Assembly: GCA_050951805.1 (NCBI GenBank)
Contig: JBMNJT010000002.1
Coordinates: 736,001 to 800,000 of the forward strand
Source of the DNA: Bacillota bacterium
Lineage (GTDB): Bacteria; Bacillota; DTU025
DNA: 64,000 nt
Direction: 5' to 3'
Both the position numbers and the translations under genes were made by a program. Shown one piece after another: positions 28,832 to 38,805 of this stretch; within the stretch, counting starts at the first letter, position 1; the number at the start of each line of letters is the position of its first letter. The notes beneath the pieces are model-generated. The model saw only the letters and a program-made list of their open reading frames with translations, searched no databases and had not been told where the DNA came from.

Positions 28832-30491
28832 GTCAAGAAGAATAGACAGGGACGCTATCGAGCTGTACAAAATAGATGGAATAGTTCTAATGGAGAATGC
28901 CGGAGCCGCTGTAGCAAGGGTAGCAGTTGAGATCGGAGCCGAGCGTAGTGGCTGGAGTGCCGGAAGGCCCTCTGTCTGCATATTTGCGGGAAAGGGTAAC
29001 AATGGCGGCGATGGCTTCGTTGCGGCGAGGCATCTTGTGGGCTGTGGTGTGGACGTCTCAGTCTACGTAACCGGATCTTTGGACGGCATATCAGGAGATG
29101 CCCGCACAAACCTGGACATACTTAGGAATATGGGAGTTGACGTTGTTGGGCTCACTTGCGAAGAAGCTTGGTCGGCGGCGGCGGATGATCTTGCTGTAGC
29201 CGATGTAGCAATCGACGCCATACTTGGGACTGGCGCTAAGGGCGCGCCTTGCGGGGAGCCTGCGCGGGCCATATCAATGATGAGCAAGTCGCCTGTGCCT
29301 ATCGTGGCGGTGGATGTTCCAAGTGGCGTAGATGCGGGGAGCGGAGCTGTTGCCGGGGCTTGCGTAACGGCTCACACAACTGTGACATTTGGGTTGCCCA
29401 AGACGGGGTTGTTGATGTACCCAGGAGCGGCACACGTAGGTTATCTATTGGTGGACAGAATCGGATTGCCGCCTGCGTTGACAGATTCGCCCAAAATCAA
29501 GACGTGCATAGTTTGCCCTGACGATGTGAGTGCAGCTTTGCCGCAGCGGAGGCCTGATGCTCATAAAGGCGACTGCGGACGTGTTCTGGTGGTGGCGGGT
29601 TCCCGGGGAATGGTTGGCGCTGCGGCGCTAGCTTCAATGGCGGCTCTTCGCGCCGGAGCGGGTTTGGTTTACCTGGCTGCTCCGGAAGGCGTGGCAGCTC
29701 AGGCGTGTGCAGGGCTCACGGAAGTTATTGTGAGGCCTCTGCCTGAAACGAGTTCGGGATCGATTGCCGGAATTGCTGTGGACAGAGTCTTGGACGAGGC
29801 TGCCAAGTGCGATGCTGTAGTGGTCGGCCCGGGGCTCACTTGCTCTGACGACTCGAGGCTGATCGTGGAGGCTCTGATAGCAGAGGGCCAAACGCCCATG
29901 GTGATTGACGCAGATGCGCTCAATCTGCTTTCAGGTCGGGTTGACACGCTTCAGCGGGCGTCGGCACCTGTCGTGCTTACGCCTCACCCCGGCGAGATGA
30001 GCCGACTCGTGGAGGCAGGGGTTGAAGAGATAAATGCGGACAGGCTGGAGTGGGCTCGGCGCGTTGCCCATCGTTCAGGGGCGGTAGTCGCACTCAAGGG
30101 CGCCCGGACTGTGACGGCGACTCCGGACGGGATTGCCTACCTGAACCTTACGGGCAATTCCGGCATGGCAACGGCTGGCTCAGGAGATGTGCTGGCAGGA
30201 GTTATTGGATCATTGATGGCGCAGGGGGTCCCTCCGCAGTGGGCAGCTGTGTCCGGCGTGTATTTGCACGGTTTGGCCGGGGATTATGCTGCGCGTGAAG
30301 TTGGATTACATGGAATGGTAGCGGGTGACATATTGCTTCGTATCCCCAAGGCATATCATGATATCGTTGAGGAATCTGCCGGGCTGTGGGACATGATGTC
30401 AGTAAGGAGCGCCCAATACAAGAAAGAGGTGGTGAATCCTGCTGCAAGGGGTTTATCAGCCCGGAATGAGGCCAACGTGGGTAGAAGTTAA
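28809..30491 (+). CDS. nnr: Bifunctional NAD(P)H-hydrate epimerase/dehydratase
   Basis: 'LMENAG', 'GKGNNGGDG', 'DVPSG', 'HKGDCG', 'TPHPGEM', 'GSGDVL'. Start uncertain (ACG 28809 or GTG 28800/28776). Confidence 0.93.
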   Translation, partial: TRVATPDESRRIDRDAIELYKIDGIVLMENAGAAVARVAVEIGAERSGWSAGRPSVCIFAGKGNNGGDGFVAARHLVGCGVDVSVYVTGSLDGISGDARTNLDILRNMGVDVVGLTCEEAWSAAADDLAVADVAIDAILGTGAKGAPCGEPARAISMMSKSPVPIVAVDVPSGVDAGSGAVAGACVTAHTTVTFGLPKTGLLMYPGAAHVGYLLVDRIGLPPALTDSPKIKTCIVCPDDVSAALPQRRPDAHKGDCGRVLVVAGSRGMVGAAALASMAALRAGAGLVYLAAPEGVAAQACAGLTEVIVRPLPETSSGSIAGIAVDRVLDEAAKCDAVVVGPGLTCSDDSRLIVEALIAEGQTPMVIDADALNLLSGRVDTLQRASAPVVLTPHPGEMSRLVEAGVEEINADRLEWARRVAHRSGAVVALKGARTVTATPDGIAYLNLTGNSGMATAGSGDVLAGVIGSLMAQGVPPQWAAVSGVYLHGLAGDYAAREVGLHGMVAGDILLRIPKAYHDIVEESAGLWDMMSVRSAQYKKEVVNPAARGLSARNEANVGRS

Positions 30492-31584
30492 TACAGGAAA
30501 CATTGCAAGGAACTTGAGACAAATCAAATCGACGTTACCCAAGGATACGCAGATACTGGCGGTGGTAAAGGCAGACGGATATGGGCATGGAGCTGCTCCA
30601 GTCGCCATCCGAGCGCTCGAGGAGGGAGTCTCCTTTTTGGGGGTGGCCCTGGTTGAAGAGGGAGTTGCGTTGCGCAGGGCAGGGATAGCTGCGCCCATCC
30701 TTTTCATGGAGGACTTGTTCCCTTGGCAGGCGCTTGACTTAGTAAGATACGGGTTGACTGCCACAATTGCGTCCTACGAGTCGGCGGAGATGCTTTCCGA
30801 GGCCGCAATGGCCCTGGGGAAGAAGGCCAAAGCACATGTGAAGGTCGATACCGGAATGGGGAGGCTTGGGCTTCCGCCGAACGAAATAGCCAACCTTGTG
30901 AGGCGTGTGGCAGAGTTGCCTGGGATCGAGATAGAGGGGATCTTTACGCACCTGGCTTGTGCCGAGTGTAACTCGGAGATGACGGGACGGCAACTTGAGC
31001 AGTTTGATGACATAACAGAGAAGTTGCGCAGAGAGGGACATGAGATACCCATTCGCCACGTTGCAAACAGCGCTGCGATGCTCTCTCTGCCGGAGGCGGC
31101 ATACGACATGGTGCGCGTAGGAGGCATCATGTATGGTCTTTCGCCGTTGGGAACCGTTGCTCCTGAAAAACCATGGGTGCCTGCGCTTTCTTTCCATACT
31201 AGGGTGTCATATGTCAAGCTGGTTGGCCCTGGCACACCGGTGAGCTACGGGGCGACGTATGTAACATCAGGTCGGGAGATCATTGCTACCTTGCCGGTAG
31301 GTTACGCAGATGGCTATCCGCGGGCCCTCTCCAACGTCGGAGAAGTGCTGATAGGCGGGGAACGATGCCCTGTGGTTGGCAGAGTATGTATGGATCAGAC
31401 CATGGTTTCGTTGCCCGCTGATTCGGACGTAAGGGTGGGTGACGAAGTGACGCTCATCGGGGCTCAAGGTGGGGATCGGATATTCGCCGAAGAGCTGGCG
31501 AAGGCTGCGGGAACTATTGGATACGAGATCGTTTGCGCGATAAGCAAGCGCGTGCCAAGAGTCTACGTGGCGGGCGATGAATAG
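30466..31584 (+). CDS. alr: Alanine racemase
   Basis: 'AVVKADGYGHG', 'KVDTGMGRLG', 'GYADG', 'GRVCMDQ'. Confidence 0.97.
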   Translation: MRPTWVEVNTGNIARNLRQIKSTLPKDTQILAVVKADGYGHGAAPVAIRALEEGVSFLGVALVEEGVALRRAGIAAPILFMEDLFPWQALDLVRYGLTATIASYESAEMLSEAAMALGKKAKAHVKVDTGMGRLGLPPNEIANLVRRVAELPGIEIEGIFTHLACAECNSEMTGRQLEQFDDITEKLRREGHEIPIRHVANSAAMLSLPEAAYDMVRVGGIMYGLSPLGTVAPEKPWVPALSFHTRVSYVKLVGPGTPVSYGATYVTSGREIIATLPVGYADGYPRALSNVGEVLIGGERCPVVGRVCMDQTMVSLPADSDVRVGDEVTLIGAQGGDRIFAEELAKAAGTIGYEIVCAISKRVPRVYVAGDE

Positions 31585-31738
31585 GAGCCTAGATAAGAGC
31601 ATTGCGCTGGGACGGGCAGAATGCGGGCTCATTTGCTGAGCTTGCGGGCGGCAGGCATATGTTGGGCATGGACCCTTGTTTGGATCTATCCCCAGCCAGA
31701 AGGGGTAATCGAAGGCTTCTTTCCATCTGTTCCTTGGG

Positions 31739-31789
31739 TTGACAGTGAAATGTGCACGAATATATAATTGGCTTGTATGTGAACATATA
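31739..31789 (+). promoter_or_regulatory. Sigma-A promoter of the TA operon with a downstream inverted repeat
   Basis: TTGACA(31739-44)-N18-TATAAT(31763-68); TATGT-GA-ACATA at 31776-31787. Confidence 0.65.
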
Positions 31790-31822
31790 TCAGGAAGCAC
31801 AACTCGGGTGGGGGTGTAGGCC

Positions 31823-32098
31823 ATGACACTTCTTAGAAAGATAGTGGTAAGCATGCCGGCCGGGCTTCTGGAAGAACTGGATGTGTGTGCTAGGCAGTCA
31901 GGCCGCAACCGCAGCGAAGTTGTGCGCGAGGCAATGAGATCGTACCTGTCCCAGCATGCCCGTTCCGACCTGCGTGAGAAGCTGAAACATGGATATATTG
32001 AGATGGCCTCGATCAATCTGGAGTTGGCGCGCGAATGTGCTGCTGCTGAAGACGAGGCCTTTGCTGTTTCTGAACGCTTCCTTGCAGGCGGTGACTAG
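31823..32098 (+). CDS. ndoAI: CopG/RHH antitoxin (EndoAI-like)
   Basis: 'KIVVSMP..LLEELD', 'NRSEVVREAM', 'GYIEMASINL'; between alr and mazF. Confidence 0.88.
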   Translation: MTLLRKIVVSMPAGLLEELDVCARQSGRNRSEVVREAMRSYLSQHARSDLREKLKHGYIEMASINLELARECAAAEDEAFAVSERFLAGGD

Positions 32099-32100
32099 CT

Positions 32101-32451
32101 TTGGATGTGAAGAGGGGCGATGTCTTCTATGCGGATCTCAATCCAGTGGTGGGGTCGGAACAAGGGGGGCTCCGTCCTGTTCTGGTGATCCAGAACGATA
32201 TCGGCAACTACTACAGCCCGACCACGATAGTCGCCGCACTTACTTCCCGAATCAAGCGGGCGAAACTTCCAACACATGTAGAACTTCCTGCCGGGCAGGG
32301 ATACCTTGCCGTGGACTCTGTTGTGCTTTTGGAGCAGTTGCGCACAATCGACAAAACGCGTCTGCATGACCGAATCTGCACTCTCGACGAGGAGATTATG
32401 AAGAGGGTGAACAGAGCGGCTGAGATCAGCCTGGGGCTTCTGGAAATCTGA
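32101..32451 (+). CDS. ndoA: MazF/PemK mRNA interferase (EndoA)
   Basis: 'RGDVFYADLNPVVGSEQGGLRPVLVIQNDIGN', 'LEQLRTIDK'. Confidence 0.95.
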   Translation: MDVKRGDVFYADLNPVVGSEQGGLRPVLVIQNDIGNYYSPTTIVAALTSRIKRAKLPTHVELPAGQGYLAVDSVVLLEQLRTIDKTRLHDRICTLDEEIMKRVNRAAEISLGLLEI

Positions 32452-32463
32452 ATCTGATCTCAC

Positions 32464-32486
32464 CCCGGCCATATTGCGAGGCCGGG
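32464..32486 (+). terminator. Hairpin after ndoA
   Basis: CCCGGCC-N9-GGCCGGG; weak U-tract. Confidence 0.35.
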
Positions 32487-32515
32487 ATCATTATGTACCT
32501 TCGAGGTGAGCTCCT

Positions 32516-33241
32516 GTGCCGCCTTTGATCTTGATTTCGAGCGACTTTGAGTCCGGGACCAACGGCAAAATCGCTGTAGGAGTCGAATACGCGAAGGCAA
32601 TCTACCGGTCGGGAGGGATGCCTTTGATCTTGGCACCTCCAATGGGTTGCGCCGACTCCAACAGAGTTGCCCATGGCATTCTGTCCGATGCCTGTGGGCT
32701 GCTGCTCACGGGCGGAGATGATGTTGATCCCAGGTTTTATGGTGAATCCCATGCTCATCCCAAGATAGGCGCTATCAATCCTGTGCGGGATGAGTTCGAA
32801 ATAGCTCTTGCGAAAGCCGCACTGAAGCTCGATATCCCCGTGCTGGGGATATGTAGGGGAGCGCAGATACTAAATGTTGCAGCGGGGGGCGGACTGATCC
32901 AAGATATTGCCAGCTGCGTAGATGGTGCCCATGCGCACCGGGTTTCTGCGCCAAGGTGGCATCCAACCCATCGAGTCATGCTTGCTCGCAATTCTATATT
33001 GTTCGGAATATTTGGAGAAGAAACAATCTGGGTAAACAGCTTCCATCATCAAGCCGTCGGTCCTGTAGCACCAGGATTTTCGGTGACCGGTGTGGCTGAC
33101 GATGGAGTTCGGGAGGCGATAGAAAAACCCGGTTCCCGCTTTGTAATGGGGGTTCAGTGGCATCCAGAAGGTCTCGCGGAGAGGGATGCGCAGTCTTTGC
33201 GCATATTCACCGAATTCGTCAATGCTGTACGAGGAGTGTAG
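32516..33241 (+). CDS. Class-I glutamine amidotransferase-like hydrolase (peptidase C26/PuuD family)
   Basis: 'LLLTGGDDVDP', 'RDEFE', 'GICRG', 'VNSFHHQAV', 'VQWHPE'. Confidence 0.9.
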   Translation: MPPLILISSDFESGTNGKIAVGVEYAKAIYRSGGMPLILAPPMGCADSNRVAHGILSDACGLLLTGGDDVDPRFYGESHAHPKIGAINPVRDEFEIALAKAALKLDIPVLGICRGAQILNVAAGGGLIQDIASCVDGAHAHRVSAPRWHPTHRVMLARNSILFGIFGEETIWVNSFHHQAVGPVAPGFSVTGVADDGVREAIEKPGSRFVMGVQWHPEGLAERDAQSLRIFTEFVNAVRGV

Positions 33242-33245
33242 TGAA

Positions 33246-34280
33246 TTGCCTACAATGTCTGCGCCGCTGGTGCAAGTTACCAGAGGAGAACTGGTTGAAA
33301 GCCTCCACAGGGGCCACATAGCTGTAGTTGATTGCCGCGGCAATGTGCTGTGGCAGGCAGGAGACCCCATGTATGTTACGTATTTCAGGTCTTCGGCTAA
33401 ACCGTTCCAAGTGTTGCCAATTATCGAGTCTGGCGCGGTTGACCGATTCGGCATTACCGAGAGAGAGCTTGCGGTTATGGCGGCCTCCCATCATGGGGAA
33501 GATTGTCATGTGGAAGCTGTAATGAGCATTCTGGGCAAGATAGGTCTAGATGAATCATGCCTGAAGTGCGGAGTGCACAAGCCTACCAACCCGACACAGG
33601 CTGCCCGCCTTGCTAGGGAAGGAATCCCTGTCACGCCGGTTTTCAATAATTGCTCAGGCAAGCACGCCGGGATGCTTGCCTATGCAACGCACAAGGGATA
33701 TCCCATCGACAATTACGTTGATAAGGAGAGCTTGGTCCAGATCGATATGTGGAAGGCAGTTGCTGAGATCTGCGGGCTTTTGCCTGAAAAAGTTGTGCGC
33801 GGAGTGGATGGGTGCGGTGTTGTGGTCTTTGGGATGCCCATCGCTAACATGGCCTACGCCTACGCACGGCTAGCCTGCCCCGACATGTTGCCTGAGCGTT
33901 TGAGAGAGCCTGCTCGGCGCGTCACTTCGGCAATGGTGGAGTACCCGGAGATGATAGGGGGCACACTCGATTTCGGATCTAATCTTATGAAGAATAGCAA
34001 AGGCGCGGTATTCGCCAAGGGCGGCGCTGAGGGCCTTTTCTGCGTAGGTGTTCCGAAACGCGGGATAGGGATAGCTGTTAAAATCGAAGACGGAGGATCC
34101 AGAGGGTTGCAGACTGCAGTTATGGAGACTCTGCGCCTATTGGATGTGGTTCCCCAAGAGACGTTCGCTGAGCCGGAGACATCTATTGTGGCGTTTGTCC
34201 GCAATTGCCGGAAAGACGTTGTTGGGGAGATCTCTCCATGCTTTGAGCTCGCAGAAGGCAATTCTCGTTTGTCGGTTTGA
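33246..34280 (+). CDS. L-asparaginase II (Rhizobium etli AnsA-type, class 3)
   Basis: 'RSSAKPFQ', 'ASH', 'NNCSGKHAGM', 'DGCG', 'KGGAEG', 'KIEDG'; TTG 33246 after GAGGAG. Confidence 0.88.
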   Translation: MPTMSAPLVQVTRGELVESLHRGHIAVVDCRGNVLWQAGDPMYVTYFRSSAKPFQVLPIIESGAVDRFGITERELAVMAASHHGEDCHVEAVMSILGKIGLDESCLKCGVHKPTNPTQAARLAREGIPVTPVFNNCSGKHAGMLAYATHKGYPIDNYVDKESLVQIDMWKAVAEICGLLPEKVVRGVDGCGVVVFGMPIANMAYAYARLACPDMLPERLREPARRVTSAMVEYPEMIGGTLDFGSNLMKNSKGAVFAKGGAEGLFCVGVPKRGIGIAVKIEDGGSRGLQTAVMETLRLLDVVPQETFAEPETSIVAFVRNCRKDVVGEISPCFELAEGNSRLSV

Positions 34281-34306
34281 CCTTGGCCGGGGGAGTGGAG
34301 TATAAT
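34277..34306 (+). promoter_or_regulatory. Probable sigma-A promoter of the tsaE operon
   Basis: TTGACC-N18-TATAAT. Confidence 0.5.
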
Positions 34307-34359
34307 CTTTCGGCTAATAGGGTCAGCACAGGCACATTGCGAGGTTATGCGGATTGAGC

Positions 34360-34839
34360 ATGAGTAAGGGTGAAAACTTGAAGTTTATGTCGAATTCGCC
34401 TGCTGATACCGCCGCTTTAGGATGCAGGCTCGGCAGACTGCTGGGGCCTGGGGATATTGTTTGCTTGGAAGGCGGTCTGGGTGCAGGCAAGACTTGTTTG
34501 GCGCGAGGGATTGCCAAGGGATTGGGTGTTGACGAAACATCTGTATCGAGCCCAACTTTCGTGCTTGCACAGGAATACCGGGGCAGGGTTAGAGTATATC
34601 ATCTAGACCTTTACCGGCTGTCCTCAAGCGATGAAGTGGAAGAAGCAGGCCTTGATGAATACATCTGGGGCGACGGAGTCGCCATCATCGAATGGCCTGG
34701 AGTCTATGTTCCATTGAGGGAGCATGACAGGCTTATGGTGGAGATTACTCAGGAGCCGGTCAGTCTCAGGCGGGAGCTTGTGTTGACTCCATATGGGCAG
34801 AGATATCGACAATTGCTGGAGGAGATGAGGCCGTGCTGA
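34360..34839 (+). CDS. tsaE: tRNA t6A biosynthesis ATPase TsaE
   Basis: 'GGLGAGKT', 'SSPTF', 'HLDLYRL', 'IEW'. Confidence 0.95.
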   Translation: MSKGENLKFMSNSPADTAALGCRLGRLLGPGDIVCLEGGLGAGKTCLARGIAKGLGVDETSVSSPTFVLAQEYRGRVRVYHLDLYRLSSSDEVEEAGLDEYIWGDGVAIIEWPGVYVPLREHDRLMVEITQEPVSLRRELVLTPYGQRYRQLLEEMRPC

Positions 34840-35576
34840 TCCTCGCTGTAGATACGTCTACCATGGTTGGGGGCGTCGCTCTCATCAATGATGGAGCCCT
34901 CTTAGGAGAACATGTTCTGAACGTAAGAGCTACTCATTCGGAGAGGCTTATGTCGTCAGTAGATGCCACGCTTACAGGCGCCAACATTGCTCCCGGTGAT
35001 TTGGATGCCATAGCATGCGGTGTAGGGCCTGGTTCGTTTACAGGAGTCCGCATAGGGGTGTCTGCAGCCAAAGGCATGTCGTACGCCCTCGGAATTCCGT
35101 TGGTGGGAGTGCCGACTCTTGATGCCCTTGCTTACGGGCGTAGCCCCGGGTTTTCTGAAGTGTGGTCGATGATAGATGCTCGCCATGGGCGTTGCTACGT
35201 GGCCTGTTACAAGCCTTCTGATAGCTTCGGCGCTGCAAAACGGATATTGGACTATTCTGTCCTTGATGTTTCTCAGATAGTTGATTCAGCAGGCGCTGAC
35301 GGGGATCGTGTTCTTTTCGTTGGCGATGGTGCCCTTGCGTATTCCGACTCTTTGCTTTCGGCTTTTCCTGGACGCGGGGTTGTGCCGCCAGCGGCGTTCG
35401 GGATTCTCAGACCGGCCCAGGTAGGAATGTTAGGCATGGAGATGCTGGAACACGGAGAAGGCGGCGATCCAGCCCATGTGCTTCCTATGTACCTTCGTCC
35501 GACCGAGGCCGAGGTAAAGCTCTCCCGGAAGGAGATGGAAAAGGATGGATCTGATTCCGTCTCCCATGAATCTTGA
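34833..35576 (+). CDS. tsaB: tRNA t6A biosynthesis protein TsaB
   Basis: 'LAVDTST', 'HSERLM', 'GPGSFTGVRIG', 'IDAR', 'PMYLR'. Confidence 0.95.
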   Translation: MLILAVDTSTMVGGVALINDGALLGEHVLNVRATHSERLMSSVDATLTGANIAPGDLDAIACGVGPGSFTGVRIGVSAAKGMSYALGIPLVGVPTLDALAYGRSPGFSEVWSMIDARHGRCYVACYKPSDSFGAAKRILDYSVLDVSQIVDSAGADGDRVLFVGDGALAYSDSLLSAFPGRGVVPPAAFGILRPAQVGMLGMEMLEHGEGGDPAHVLPMYLRPTEAEVKLSRKEMEKDGSDSVSHES

Positions 35577-36045
35577 TGATCTTGACAGAGTTCTCGATAT
35601 TGAACGTCTGTCATTCTCTCTTCCATGGAGCAGGCATGCGTTCGTGGATGAGCTTCTCATGAATGACCAAGCCGTGTATATGGTTGTGAGGGACTCCGAT
35701 GGAGTTGCAATGGGATACGGCGGGATGTGGCTCATCCTCGACGAGGCCCACATCACGAATGTCGCGGTTCACCCCGAATATAGACGGCGTGGGGTTGGAC
35801 GTGCTATCATGGTTGCCTTGATGGAAACCGCGGTCCTCCGGGGCGCTAGGAGGATGACTTTGGAGACTAGATTGTCGAACGTGCCCGCTCAGGAGCTTTA
35901 CCGAAGTCTAGGTTTCGTGGCAGCTGGCGTGAGGCCGCGATACTACTTGGATGACCATGAGGATGCCCTGGTGATGTGGCTTGAGGATTTGCCCGGACGC
36001 TTGGCAATGATGGATGGCGAGGGAGGTGCCCCGGAGGATGCGTGA
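35545..36045 (+). CDS. rimI: Ribosomal protein S18-alanine N-acetyltransferase
   Basis: 'PWS', 'EAHITNVAVHP', 'RRRGVG', 'RYY...EDALVM'. Confidence 0.93.
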   Translation: MDLIPSPMNLDDLDRVLDIERLSFSLPWSRHAFVDELLMNDQAVYMVVRDSDGVAMGYGGMWLILDEAHITNVAVHPEYRRRGVGRAIMVALMETAVLRGARRMTLETRLSNVPAQELYRSLGFVAAGVRPRYYLDDHEDALVMWLEDLPGRLAMMDGEGGAPEDA

Positions 36046-37075
36046 GGACGGGGTCGTTCTCGGTATCGAGACTAGTTGTGATGAGACGGCGGCGGCGGTA
36101 GTGCGCGGGGGCCGCGAGATTCTCTCATCAGTGGTCGCGTCTCAAATAGAGGTTCACCGTAGATATGGCGGGGTTGTGCCTGAGATCGCTTCGCGTCGAC
36201 ACGTGGAGGCGATCATTCCGGTTATAGATGAGGCCCTGGCGCAGGCCGGAACTGATCTGGCGGAGATCGATGCAGTTGCGGCAACACATGGTCCCGGTCT
36301 TGTCGGGGCCTTGCTAGTTGGCCTTTCGGCCGCCAAGGGAATATCGTATGCTGCAGGGAAACCGCTGATCTGTGTGAATCATATTGAGGGACACATATAT
36401 GCTAACTTCCTCGCCCATCCCCAACTGAGTCCTCCGGTCTTGTGCCTTACGGTGTCGGGCGGACACACGGAACTCATTGCCATGCGAGATCACGGGCGCT
36501 ATGAAGTGCTGGGACGCACGAGGGATGACGCCGCAGGCGAGGCATTTGACAAGGTTGCAAGAGTAATAGGCCTTCCGTATCCTGGCGGACCCGCCCTTGA
36601 GCAGCTTGCTAAGTCGGGCGATCCGAATCTGATTTCGTTTCCCCGAGCGGAGGTAGAAGGGAGTCCGCTCGATTTTAGCTTTAGCGGATTGAAGACGGCG
36701 GTAATCAACTACATCCATACCGCAGAACAAAGAGGCGAAGACCTTGACTATGCTGATGTGGCTGCGGGTTTTCAGAAGGCCGCTGTAGATGAGCTCGTCT
36801 CCAGGGTGGACAGGGCAGTGGATTTCACCGGGATGAGTGTTGTGGCGGTTTCGGGAGGGGTTGCAGCGAATCAGGCATTGCGAAGGGCATTGACGGCGCT
36901 GGCTGGGAAGAGCAATATAGAAGTATATTATCCTCCACTCAATCTGTGCACAGACAACGCGGCCATGATAGCCTCTGCAGGGTACTACAGACATGTGGCT
37001 GGAGAGGTGTCATCGCTGTCAGCGAATGCTGAACCAGGTGCCTTGCTGAGCAGCCTCGCCTGCTTTGACGGCTAG
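36038..37075 (+). CDS. tsaD: tRNA N6-adenosine threonylcarbamoyltransferase
   Basis: 'LGIETSCDET', 'GGVVPEIASR', 'HIEGH', 'DDAAGEAFDK', 'CTDNAAMI'. Confidence 0.97.
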   Translation: MREDGVVLGIETSCDETAAAVVRGGREILSSVVASQIEVHRRYGGVVPEIASRRHVEAIIPVIDEALAQAGTDLAEIDAVAATHGPGLVGALLVGLSAAKGISYAAGKPLICVNHIEGHIYANFLAHPQLSPPVLCLTVSGGHTELIAMRDHGRYEVLGRTRDDAAGEAFDKVARVIGLPYPGGPALEQLAKSGDPNLISFPRAEVEGSPLDFSFSGLKTAVINYIHTAEQRGEDLDYADVAAGFQKAAVDELVSRVDRAVDFTGMSVVAVSGGVAANQALRRALTALAGKSNIEVYYPPLNLCTDNAAMIASAGYYRHVAGEVSSLSANAEPGALLSSLACFDG

Positions 37076-37151
37076 GTTTTTCAGGAGGATACGAGGCGTC
37101 CCTGTAGAAATGAATTAATCAGTGCTTCGGTGCGTCTAAGGAGTAGGTGTC

Positions 37152-38051
37152 ATGTCTGAGGTTGGTGAAAGAAATGTGAGACAGAATGCCAGTGCTGGGC
37201 GTTCGAATACGGGCCGAATCTGGGCGACGATAGTAATTGTGGTGGTAGCTGCGTGTTGTGGTCTTTTTCTATACTTCACATATTTGCCTGCCGAGAACGG
37301 GCTCTTTAACATCCTCATTTTGGGGGAAGACCGTAACTACTCCCGTAATGGCGACGTCTTGTCTGCGCCGGGCAGGCCCGACACTATCCTGTTGCTCATG
37401 GTCCCGAAGAGTTCCCGGGGTGCGGCACTTCTATCGATTCCTAGGGATACTCTGGTAAGATTCCCCAATGGCGGGGTAAGGCGGATTAACTCTTCTGTTC
37501 CGGAAGGGGGGGTGGATCTCGCTCGTGAGCTAGTTTCGGATCTCGTGGGGCTGCCGGTGCACAGACATGTCGTTGTGGACTTTGGGGGATTTGTGGAACT
37601 CGTAGACGCCTTGGGTGGTGTGGAGGTAGCAGTCGATAAGCGGATGAAATATGAGGACAAGGCTGGCGGGTATTCCATAGATTTGGAGCCTGGAGTCTAC
37701 CACATGGATGGTGAAATGGCTCTCAGTTTCGTCAGATACCGGCAAGATGGGTTGGGGGACATATCCCGAACTGCGCGTCAGCAAGAATTCGTGAAGGCGT
37801 TTATTAGGGAGGCTGGGAGTTTTCGGGCTATTCCATCTTATCCGAACATGCTGCGCGTAGCCCAAAAGTGCGCCGACACTGATATGACTGTCAACGAAAT
37901 GGCTGCCGTGGCTTGGCGTTTGAGAAGGCTTGATTCTGACACCATAAATTCTGCTACGCTGCCAGGTTATTTTAAGGGTGCTTATTGGGATCCGGATACT
38001 CAAGGCATTGAGGCGCTCGTTCGATCACTTCAAGATTCTGCACAGAAATGA
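37152..38051 (+). CDS. LytR-CpsA-Psr (LCP) family cell-wall glycopolymer ligase
   Basis: N-terminal TM, 'NILILG', 'SIPRDT', 'VDALGGVEV', 'FVRYR', 'GDISRTARQQ'. Confidence 0.9.
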   Translation: MSEVGERNVRQNASAGRSNTGRIWATIVIVVVAACCGLFLYFTYLPAENGLFNILILGEDRNYSRNGDVLSAPGRPDTILLLMVPKSSRGAALLSIPRDTLVRFPNGGVRRINSSVPEGGVDLARELVSDLVGLPVHRHVVVDFGGFVELVDALGGVEVAVDKRMKYEDKAGGYSIDLEPGVYHMDGEMALSFVRYRQDGLGDISRTARQQEFVKAFIREAGSFRAIPSYPNMLRVAQKCADTDMTVNEMAAVAWRLRRLDSDTINSATLPGYFKGAYWDPDTQGIEALVRSLQDSAQK

Positions 38052-38064
38052 AAGGAGAACCGCA

Positions 38065-38805
38065 ATGCGGATAGATGTTTCACTGGTCCCAGGCGAGATT
38101 ACAGCCAAGGATGTATCTGGGTCTGTAGTGGTAATAATTGATGTCCTCAGGGCTACCAGCAGCATTGCTACGGCGTTGGCTTCTGGTTGCGAGGAGGTTA
38201 TTCCCGCTGAGAGTATAGAGGAGGCCATAACCCTGGCCAATGGTTACAAGAGGTCAGATTATGTTCTAGGAGGGGAGCGGCGGGGAGTTCCTGTTGAAGG
38301 ATTCGATCTGGGCAATTCTCCGCAAGAATATGATGGCCCCCGAGTGGCTGGGAAGAAGGTCATCATGGCGACTACAAATGGCACTAGCGCCATCAATAAG
38401 TATGGAATTGCGCGAGAAATTTTTACAGCGTGTTTTCTCAACGCTGATGCTGTTATAGGAGCATGCGAAGCCTATGACGACTACGACTTGGTGCTGGTCT
38501 GTGCCGGGCAGGACGGAAGGTTCTGCATGGAAGACACGCTTTGCGCAGGACTTATGGCTACGAGGATTGCACATGACAAGGGAGCGGAGATGTCCGATTC
38601 TGCCAAGGCTGCTTCACTCTTGTACCAGCAGCGAAAAGGGTCGATTGAGGATGAGTTGCTCCGCTGTGACCACGGAGCTTATCTGGTTGGAATCGGTTAC
38701 GAGCAGGATGTGAGATATTGCTCACGCAATTCCATCCTTGACGTTGTGCCAAAGGTCTATGACAGGAGAGTCATAAGAAGGGCTCGTGGTGGGCCAGAGG
38801 AGTGA
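38065..38805 (+). CDS. comB: 2-phosphosulfolactate phosphatase family protein
   Basis: 'IDVLRATS', 'GGER', 'FDLGNSP', 'TTNGT', 'EDTLCAG'; SD AAGGAG. Confidence 0.88.
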   Translation: MRIDVSLVPGEITAKDVSGSVVVIIDVLRATSSIATALASGCEEVIPAESIEEAITLANGYKRSDYVLGGERRGVPVEGFDLGNSPQEYDGPRVAGKKVIMATTNGTSAINKYGIAREIFTACFLNADAVIGACEAYDDYDLVLVCAGQDGRFCMEDTLCAGLMATRIAHDKGAEMSDSAKAASLLYQQRKGSIEDELLRCDHGAYLVGIGYEQDVRYCSRNSILDVVPKVYDRRVIRRARGGPEE

